Assembly (NCBI GenBank): GCA_964367745.1
Contig: CAYIYK010000003.1
Span: 10,248 to 74,247 of the forward strand
Length of the DNA stretch: 64,000 bases
Source: an uncultured Candidatus Saccharibacteria bacterium
GTDB taxonomy: Bacteria; Patescibacteriota; Minisyncoccia; Phycocordibacterales; PALSA-1337
Reading direction: 5' to 3'
The position numbers were made by a program, and so were the translations under genes. The notes below the pieces were generated by a model. That model saw only the letters and a list, made by a program, of their open reading frames with translations. It had not been told where the DNA came from and ran no database searches. Shown piece after piece: positions 57,496-64,000 of the stretch. How positions within the stretch are numbered: the first letter of the stretch is position 1; each line of letters begins with the position of its first letter.

Positions 57496-57975
57496 TTAAG
57501 ACGCAGGGCAAGCTGTAGCATTTATTGCAAGAACAGTTGTAACTTGTCTTGAAGCGCCTGTATTATCTACACACCATCCAACTGGTGTACCACTCACTGA
57601 AGCCTTCAGCGGAGCCCAGATAACCCATGTTGCTGATGCATCGTGACATTGTGCAGTGTTCCAAGTTGAAGCAGTTCCATCAGCAAATACCGCAGCTGTT
57701 CCTCCGAAAGCGGCTTGAGCAGCCATTACACTGTCTCCAATAACATTAGCACCTGTTAACGCACATACGGCATCATAAACATTAGTTCCATTATCATAGA
57801 ACAATTCTGCCTCAGCTCTAGCACCTGCTAGGTTTGACTTTATAGCTGTATCAGCTCCCTTTGAACGTGCTGTGTTTAGTGAAGCCAAAACAACTGATGA
57901 CAATATACCGATAATAGCGATAACTACAAGCAACTCAATCAATGTAAAACCTTTTTGCAAATATGATTTCTTCAT
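57496..57975 (-). CDS. pilA: Type IV major pilin
   Basis: The prepilin leader and N-methylation motif read MKKSYLQKG/FTLIELLVVIAIIGIL. Four Cys are present (two potential disulfides). The C-terminus is ...INATACPAS. Confidence 0.9.
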   Translation of the reverse strand: MKKSYLQKGFTLIELLVVIAIIGILSSVVLASLNTARSKGADTAIKSNLAGARAEAELFYDNGTNVYDAVCALTGANVIGDSVMAAQAAFGGTAAVFADGTASTWNTAQCHDASATWVIWAPLKASVSGTPVGWCVDNTGASRQVTTVLAINATACPAS

Positions 57976-58015
57976 AACGAAATAATTAACTTAATAAATA
58001 AAACTAATAATTCAA

Positions 58016-58044
58016 CTTATACACGTAAGTATATCAAACCTCAA
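58016..58044 (-). promoter_or_regulatory. Sigma-70-type promoter for pilA
   Basis: On the minus strand: TTGAGG (58044..58039), a 17-nt spacer, then TATAAG (58021..58016). Confidence 0.45.
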
Positions 58045-58085
58045 AAAAATAGCGCAATATCGTATGGGGATAAGTAGTTGATAAC

Positions 58086-59294
58086 TTATTGAGCACTTGC
58101 AACGTTGTATATAGGTATAAGAACTGAAGCAAGCAGTGTAGCAACACCAAGTCCCAAAAGGACGATCATAGCGGGTTCAATAAGATCGACTAGTGCATCT
58201 ACAGCAGTTACTACTTCTCTAGAGTAAAATCTCGACAAAGTCTTCAATATTGCACCGAGTTCTCCTGATTCTTCTCCCACTCTCATCATTTGAATCATAA
58301 TTCCGGGGATTTCACCGTTACCTGAAAGTGCTTCTGATACCGTCTTTCCTGCTTTTACTGAATCTACAGCATCAGAAAGTATTTTTTTATAAATACTATT
58401 GTTTATAACAGATGAAGTTAGTTCTAGTGAACGAATCATTGGAATTCCTGACATAAGCATAGTATTCATATTGTCAGAAAGTCTTGCCCAATATAGTTTC
58501 CTAAAAAGATTACTCATATAAGGGATACTAAGTTTGAATTGATCAAAAACGATTGTGCCACTTGGAGTTCTTATATATCTAATTAAAATAAATCCAAGCA
58601 CCACAACGATCGCAACAACAATAAAGCCTTTTTCTACCAAGAAATTACTTATACCCAGAACAACTTTTGTATATATTGGAATATCTTGTCCAGACTCAGT
58701 CAAAATTGTACTGATCTTTGGAATAACCATAGTGAACATAAGTATCATCACGGTTATAAATGTCATCATAACGAAAGCTGGATATATAAGAGCACTCTTG
58801 GCTTTTGAAACAAGTTCATATGTTCTATCTAGATAGTCAGCAAGGTAAGCAAAAGTCTCATTTAGTTTACCTGACTCTTCTCCTGCTTTTACCATACTTA
58901 CATAAAATTCTGAGAATACCTTTGGATGTTTCTCTAGAGCGCTTGATATCTGACTTCCCGCTTGTAGATCATCGGCGATCTGGATTAGCTTTGTACCCAA
59001 AACTTTATTATCACATTCAGCGCCTAAGAGTCTAAAGATTCTCAGAGCCGAAACCTGTGCTTCAAAAAGTGTTGCTAGTTGTCTTGAAAGTATAACTATC
59101 TCTTTATTTGACACTCTATCAAGAAAAGATAGGTTCATTGAAAGAAGTCCTCCCTTTTTATCTGCTTCATTTATAGAAGTAATAACCAGGCCTCTTCTTT
59201 GCAAAGAAGCAATAGCAATATCGACATTCGCAGCATCTATAGAGCCTTTTTGTTGTGTTCCCGCTTGATCTACTGATTGATAATTAAATAACAT
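58086..59294 (-). CDS. pilC: Type IV pilus platform protein PilC (GspF family)
   Basis: 402 aa with a duplicated GspF-type domain (SALRIFRLL ... MVKAGEESGKL; LSDNMNTMLMSGIPM ... MMRVGEESGEL) and 3 TM helices. Confidence 0.92.
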   Translation of the reverse strand: MLFNYQSVDQAGTQQKGSIDAANVDIAIASLQRRGLVITSINEADKKGGLLSMNLSFLDRVSNKEIVILSRQLATLFEAQVSALRIFRLLGAECDNKVLGTKLIQIADDLQAGSQISSALEKHPKVFSEFYVSMVKAGEESGKLNETFAYLADYLDRTYELVSKAKSALIYPAFVMMTFITVMILMFTMVIPKISTILTESGQDIPIYTKVVLGISNFLVEKGFIVVAIVVVLGFILIRYIRTPSGTIVFDQFKLSIPYMSNLFRKLYWARLSDNMNTMLMSGIPMIRSLELTSSVINNSIYKKILSDAVDSVKAGKTVSEALSGNGEIPGIMIQMMRVGEESGELGAILKTLSRFYSREVVTAVDALVDLIEPAMIVLLGLGVATLLASVLIPIYNVASAQ

Positions 59295-59302
59295 ATAAAA
59301 TA

Positions 59303-60361
59303 TTATATCATTCTCTCAAGATTTTTTGGATTCGCAGAATTTATATAAGCATTTTCAGGACTAATCTCACCTCTTCTTACAAGTTCTGCCAAAGAACGAT
59401 TCATATCGATCATACCTTCTGCAGAACTAGTCTCTATAACAGTATTTATTTCATGTATTCTTTTTTCTCGGATTAGGTTTGCAACCGCAGAATTGTTTAT
59501 CAGAAGTTCATATGCTGGTATAAGTCCTCCTGAAATTCTAGGAATCAATCTTTGAGAGAAAATACCTGTCATACTTCCTGCAAGTTGAACTCTAATTTGA
59601 TCTTGTTGAGAGGCTGGAAAAGAGTCGATGATACGGTTTATAGTCTGAGAAGCAGTATTTGTGTGTAGTGTTGAGAATACCAAGTGACCTGTTTCAGCAG
59701 CAGTAACCGCTGTAGATATAGTCTCTGGATCTCGCATCTCGCCCACCAAAGCAACGTCTATATCTTCTCGAAACATTGCGATCAAAGCATTCTTAAAGTC
59801 TGGAGTATCTATTCTGACCTCTCTTTGATCTATAATAGATTTCTTTGATTCATAAATATATTCAATAGGATCCTCTATCGTCATAATGTGCTCATTTCTA
59901 GTTTGATTTATTATTTCAATTAAAGAAGCCAAGGTTGTACTTTTTCCTTGTCCGATCGGTCCTACGCAAAGGAAGAATCCTTGTTGTTTTCTAGTAAAAG
60001 ATTCAAGAATTGGTGGAAGATTCAACTCTGTAAGAGTCTTTATTTGTTTTGGAATAAGTCTAAGGGCAATAGAGATGAGGCTTTGTCTATAATACGCATT
60101 TCCTCGGAATCTTGCATTGGTCAAACTATAAGAAAAGTCTACGTCTTTGTCTTTATCAAAAAGTTCTTTATTTTCATCAGAAAGAAAAGTATTTATATAA
60201 CCTTTCATATCTGCAGCGGTGATTATAGGTTTTTTTGCAAGAGGTATAAGGCTTCCAGATACTCGAATAAGTGGGTGTCTACCTTCAGAAAGATGAAGGT
60301 CTGATGCACCCTCGTTTATCACGGTTGTAACAAGTTCTTCTATATCCCTTTTATAATCCAT
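59303..60361 (-). CDS. pilT: Twitching-motility retraction ATPase PilT
   Basis: 352 aa with ASDLHLSEGRHPLIRVSG, Walker A GPIGQGKSTT, GEMRD and HLVFSTLHTN. Confidence 0.92.
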   Translation of the reverse strand: MDYKRDIEELVTTVINEGASDLHLSEGRHPLIRVSGSLIPLAKKPIITAADMKGYINTFLSDENKELFDKDKDVDFSYSLTNARFRGNAYYRQSLISIALRLIPKQIKTLTELNLPPILESFTRKQQGFFLCVGPIGQGKSTTLASLIEIINQTRNEHIMTIEDPIEYIYESKKSIIDQREVRIDTPDFKNALIAMFREDIDVALVGEMRDPETISTAVTAAETGHLVFSTLHTNTASQTINRIIDSFPASQQDQIRVQLAGSMTGIFSQRLIPRISGGLIPAYELLINNSAVANLIREKRIHEINTVIETSSAEGMIDMNRSLAELVRRGEISPENAYINSANPKNLERMI

Positions 60362-60381
60362 ATAATTTAATTATGAAAAAA

Positions 60382-60768
60382 CTATTTTTTAATATTTGAA
60401 CAAATCTTCTCAACTTCAGACATAACTTCAGAAGGAATTGTGGTTGCTTTTATTATATAACCATCAACATTCAAAGCTTTTGCTCTAGCAATATCATCAG
60501 GAAGACCTTGATTTGTTAGCATGATTATAACTGATTTCTTTACCAAACCTTCTTTTCTTAGATTTGAAAGTAATTCGATACCATCCATTCCTGGCATAAC
60601 AATATCTAAAAGTAGAATATCAGGTTCCAATCCATCTCTTATTAACTTCAACGCTTCTTCTGTATCTGCTGATGTGTGGACGATAAAATCATTCTTTGAA
60701 AACTTCAGAGAATACATATCGAGTAGAAACTTGTCATCATCTACAAAAAGTATTGAGCGTTGTTTCAT
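60382..60768 (-). CDS. Stand-alone CheY-like receiver protein embedded in the pilus operon
   Basis: ILFVDDD, ILLLDIVMPGMDG, IIMLTNQ and GYIIKA. All canonical receiver positions are present and there is no output domain. Confidence 0.9.
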   Translation of the reverse strand: MKQRSILFVDDDKFLLDMYSLKFSKNDFIVHTSADTEEALKLIRDGLEPDILLLDIVMPGMDGIELLSNLRKEGLVKKSVIIMLTNQGLPDDIARAKALNVDGYIIKATTIPSEVMSEVEKICSNIKK

Positions 60769-60791
60769 AGATATATTATATCATAGTTAAA

Positions 60792-62507
60792 TTAAAGCTT
60801 ATTCACTTCTTCAAACGGTATTTTCTTTTCAAATGCTTTTAGCATTGCATCTTCTTTCATCGTAATCATCCCCTTTTGTCTCAACAATCTACTTATCTCC
60901 AATTCAGTCGGGCTTTTCAAAATAACATTTTCTATCTCTTTATCCATTTTAAATATTTCAAATATTGCCATACGTCCTCTAGTACCCTTTGGACAATCTG
61001 GAGTCGGCTCTATTCCATAAACTGTATCTGAAAAAGGTATTTCTTTTTTATATTGTTCTGGAAGATCTGAGAATTGCTTATCGATCATCATTTTTATACT
61101 TCCTTCAACCGGTATTGGTTTACCAGCACCTGGAGGGAAAGTTGAAACAAGTCTTTGGGCAATAGCTAGGATAAGAGTCGGAGCAATAAGGTATGGATCT
61201 ACTCCCATGTCTATCAGACGAGGAATAACACCAGCAGAGTTGTTAGTGTGTAGTGTTGAGAATACCAAGTGACCAGTAAGCGCTGCTTGCACAGCAAGCT
61301 GCGCAGTCTCTTTGTCTCGGATCTCTCCCACCATGATTATATCCGGGTCTTGTCTAAGAGTTGTTCTAAGTCCTGATGCAAAAGTATAACCAATTTCAGG
61401 GTGTACTTGTGATTGACTCACGCCGTCCATATTGTATTCAATAGGATCTTCGAGAGAAAGAACGTTCATACTCTCTCTATCAACTTCGTTTAGCATAGAA
61501 TAAAGTGTTGTAGATTTTCCTGAACCTGTCGGACCTGTGATTAGAATAAGTCCATAAGGTCTTGTAATTGCATCTTTTATATAAGCGAGGTTTTTCGGGG
61601 TTAGACTCATATCGTCTATCTTTTTTACTCCCTTTTCCTGATCGAGGATACGCATCACAACCTTCTCACCATAATATGCCGGGAAAGTTGAAACTCGGAA
61701 GTCGATTTTTCTTCCATCAATACGCGCAGAGAATCTACCGTCTTGAGGTTTTCTCTTTTCATCAAGCTTCATATTACATAAAACTTTAATACGAGCCACA
61801 ACAGCATTGTGCACTTGTGGAGGCAGAACTAGACTGGTATTTAGAGTACCGTCCACACGGAATCGGACACGAACCTTATCTCTCATATGTTCGATATGAA
61901 CGTCGGAAGCATTACCTTCTGTAGCGTATCGAACTATAGTAGCTACGATCTTTATAACTGGAGCATCTTCTATAATAACTGCATCACTTTTCTTTTCAGA
62001 CTTATTTTGTGCCAAATCTAGAGTTGCAGCTTTGTCTACAGATAGTACAGATTCAAGTTCAGTAAGAGCCTTTGATACTTCTCCACCAATTCCTTTGTAT
62101 GATTCAATTACTTTTTGGAAATCATCTATAGTGATAAGAAAAACTTTGTATGGAATATTTTTCTTTGAGGCAATGAAGTTTAGAGCATCTCTAGCTTCGA
62201 TATTGTCTGGGTCTACAATTCCAACCTCGAGTGTACTGTCATGAATTCCAACTGGTACGAATTTATAATGTTTCGCTGATTCTTCTGGAATATAATCCAA
62301 TGCTTCAAAAGGAACCATAGTATCCCCTAGGGCTTTTACAGGAATATTCAGGAACTCTCCTCTTGCAGTGAGAATATCTTCAGGTCTTATACCCTTTTCA
62401 ATTAAAATTTGATCCAAAGCCTCACCCTTTGCAGCGAGTTTTTTTATTTCTGCAACATCATCTTTGGTTATAAGATTTTTATTTAATAAAATATCAACAA
62501 TACTCAT
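60792..62507 (-). CDS. pilB: Type IV pilus assembly ATPase PilB (GspE family)
   Basis: 571 aa with an N-terminal GspE-N domain, Walker A GPTGSGKSTT, GEIRD and HLVFSTLHTN. Confidence 0.95.
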   Translation of the reverse strand: MSIVDILLNKNLITKDDVAEIKKLAAKGEALDQILIEKGIRPEDILTARGEFLNIPVKALGDTMVPFEALDYIPEESAKHYKFVPVGIHDSTLEVGIVDPDNIEARDALNFIASKKNIPYKVFLITIDDFQKVIESYKGIGGEVSKALTELESVLSVDKAATLDLAQNKSEKKSDAVIIEDAPVIKIVATIVRYATEGNASDVHIEHMRDKVRVRFRVDGTLNTSLVLPPQVHNAVVARIKVLCNMKLDEKRKPQDGRFSARIDGRKIDFRVSTFPAYYGEKVVMRILDQEKGVKKIDDMSLTPKNLAYIKDAITRPYGLILITGPTGSGKSTTLYSMLNEVDRESMNVLSLEDPIEYNMDGVSQSQVHPEIGYTFASGLRTTLRQDPDIIMVGEIRDKETAQLAVQAALTGHLVFSTLHTNNSAGVIPRLIDMGVDPYLIAPTLILAIAQRLVSTFPPGAGKPIPVEGSIKMMIDKQFSDLPEQYKKEIPFSDTVYGIEPTPDCPKGTRGRMAIFEIFKMDKEIENVILKSPTELEISRLLRQKGMITMKEDAMLKAFEKKIPFEEVNKL

Positions 62508-62512
62508 AAAAT

Positions 62513-62878
62513 TTAATTTGAACCTTTAGGAAGCTTAACTGGATTAACCGCAGGAACTGCAGAACCACCGATTGGAGCAAAAGGGTTTGGTCGTCCAACA
62601 TTCTGTTCTGGAATAGTTATTGTATAGTCGACAAGAGAATTATACACCGGAGACTTAAATATTTCTCCATCAATTTTAAGTGAATTTATTGTATTCAAAA
62701 GCATCAATACTCTTGTAGCTGCGGCTTGTGCACCAACTGAAGCTACAGTACTTGAGGTCGTCAATGAAGAACCTGTATCAGTAGGTGTTCCTTTATAATA
62801 AAAATAAATTCCAAGTGATACTAATACTATTAGTATCAAAGCTATGAATGTTCCTTTTGATGGTGATTGTTGTTGCAT
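62513..62878 (-). CDS. Small membrane-anchored pilus-operon protein (PilP-like?)
   Basis: 121 aa with one TM. The C-terminal GRPNPFAPIG resembles the R-D/N-P-F motif of PilP-type proteins. Its position between pilO and pilB fits. Confidence 0.45.
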   Translation of the reverse strand: MQQQSPSKGTFIALILIVLVSLGIYFYYKGTPTDTGSSLTTSSTVASVGAQAAATRVLMLLNTINSLKIDGEIFKSPVYNSLVDYTITIPEQNVGRPNPFAPIGGSAVPAVNPVKLPKGSN

Positions 62879-62882
62879 AATA

Positions 62883-63458
62883 TTATTGTTTTAACCAAAA
62901 TGTTTTAACTTCAACACTGTAATCATACACCCCAGTTTCATTTGATTTAATTGTAATTTTTGAAATCTCAATAATTCTTAGACTTGCTTCGATATCTTTT
63001 AGAAAATTTAAGAAATTCTGATAGTTACTAGAAACATCGAAGTTCAAAGTAACAGTACTGTAACTACCTTGTTTTGGTGCTGAAACCCCCATACCTTGCC
63101 CCATAGCTGTATCAACTACTGGTTCAGAAGCGTCTTTTGGTGTGGTGGTCTTCACATTCTTCATTACAATACCGTGCCTTGCAGCGACACCACTTACATC
63201 AATTATAAGTCTTACATTGTCTACATTGTCTGGCAAAATCTTCTCCAGTCTTTCTTGATCATCCTGACTTATCTTATTGTAATTATCCCTAACAGTGTCT
63301 CTTACCTTTACCAGTTTCTCTGAATTCTTAAGAGCTTGTTCATATTGTGCATTTACCTGTCTAATAGCCTGCAATTCATCGATTTTTGCACGAGTAAAAG
63401 TAAAATAAATTCCGACTGACAAAACTATGAGGATGAGAGGTGTGAGGTTTTTGTTCAT
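62883..63458 (-). CDS. pilO: PilO-like pilus alignment protein
   Basis: 191 aa. An N-terminal TM is followed by a coiled-coil (AKIDELQAIRQVNAQYEQALK) and a ferredoxin-like C-terminus. The operon context supports the call. Confidence 0.6.
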   Translation of the reverse strand: MNKNLTPLILIVLSVGIYFTFTRAKIDELQAIRQVNAQYEQALKNSEKLVKVRDTVRDNYNKISQDDQERLEKILPDNVDNVRLIIDVSGVAARHGIVMKNVKTTTPKDASEPVVDTAMGQGMGVSAPKQGSYSTVTLNFDVSSNYQNFLNFLKDIEASLRIIEISKITIKSNETGVYDYSVEVKTFWLKQ

Positions 63459-63459
63459 A

Positions 63460-64000
63460 TTATTGTGTAGGATTATTTGGTGTCACACCTCCAGTTAACA
63501 CTTTTTCATAATAAATATCATTTGGATCAAAACTTGCAGTCATAGTAAAACCAACATTCCCTTTTTCATCAAGTATTAAATCTCCCAAGACTGGATTTTT
63601 AACTATTTTGTTTTTCCCGTATTTTATAGATTGACCCAAAACGTCAGACTGCCAAGCAATTGAACTGAAACTATTTCCAACCCCTCTCACTGTTATACGA
63701 GCTGAATCACCTGTAGCAACTGGTGAAGTGAATTCAAAATTATCAAAACGGATACCTTCGGTAGTAAGACTATTAACAATATCAAAAACTTCAGAAACCG
63801 CGACATGCTTCTTTAATAATTGGTTTGCAAGATCAATCTTCGTATTTGCTTTCTTTAGCTTTTCAATCAAACCAATATCAAATCTTTTTTCTGCTTTTTC
63901 TAATTCAACTTGGTATGAAGCCTGTTGCTTCGTCAAAACATCTTTCCAAAAAAAAGTAAAACCTGCACCTGCAAGAGATAGTATAAAAATGATCACAGAT
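63460..64000 (-). CDS. pilN: PilN-like pilus alignment protein; the 5' end runs off the right edge
   Basis: The track Met is a GTG at 63996 and the frame stays open to position 64000. A TM helix and coiled-coil are present. The operon context supports the call. Confidence 0.55.
   Translation of the reverse strand, partial: SVIIFILSLAGAGFTFFWKDVLTKQQASYQVELEKAEKRFDIGLIEKLKKANTKIDLANQLLKKHVAVSEVFDIVNSLTTEGIRFDNFEFTSPVATGDSARITVRGVGNSFSSIAWQSDVLGQSIKYGKNKIVKNPVLGDLILDEKGNVGFTMTASFDPNDIYYEKVLTGGVTPNNPTQ

Overview
This is an AT-rich window (about 30% GC by eye) with tightly packed genes. It reads cleanly in genetic code 11, and the long ORFs tile almost the whole sequence. The gene content points to a small-genome Patescibacteria/CPR-like bacterium: a type IV pilus operon with no secretin, many glycosyltransferases, orphan regulators and very short spacers. 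That assignment is an inference, because no similarity search was possible. All functional calls rest on motif recognition in the supplied translations and on my own reading of the DNA. Several start codons were moved because the ORF track uses TTG/GTG starts.

Layout:
- 0-20 kb, housekeeping: nrdA-nrdB, DUF192, a P-loop kinase, LemA-TPM, groES-groEL, secG, an orphan family-5 substrate-binding protein, RNase J, MFS, eno, gpmA, a DedA-PAP2 fusion and an OmpR-type regulator.
- 20.7-53.9 kb, one very large surface-glycan cluster: Wzy_C-TPR, a fused NeuB-NeuA, NeuC, Wzx, GT9, GT-C x2, GtrA plus a GtrB-like GT2, a second GT2, GT4 x5, about 6 methyltransferases, a PhyH dioxygenase and oxidoreductases.
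- 53.9-64 kb: a VirD4/TraD-like ATPase, a polytopic membrane protein, then pilA-pilC-pilT-receiver-pilB-pilP-like-pilO-pilN, which runs off the right edge.

Most interesting observations:
1. Next to neuC there are three paralogous uncharacterised GT-B-like proteins and three paralogous Zn-ribbon methyltransferases, with a dioxygenase among them. This may be a new transferase family building a methylated, ulosonic-acid-containing polymer.
2. A ~2.2 kb island of ~45-50% GC (a methyltransferase and a 10-TM transporter, with their own promoter and terminators) splits neuC from neuBA.
3. The pilin ends in Cys-Pro-Ala-Ser. It is followed by a terminator and a polytopic membrane protein, and it adjoins the glycan cluster. 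This layout resembles a TfpO-type pilin glycosylation system.
4. A 530-bp intergenic region holds a promoter-to-terminator small-RNA candidate.

I saw no rRNA, tRNA, CRISPR array, transposase or integrase.
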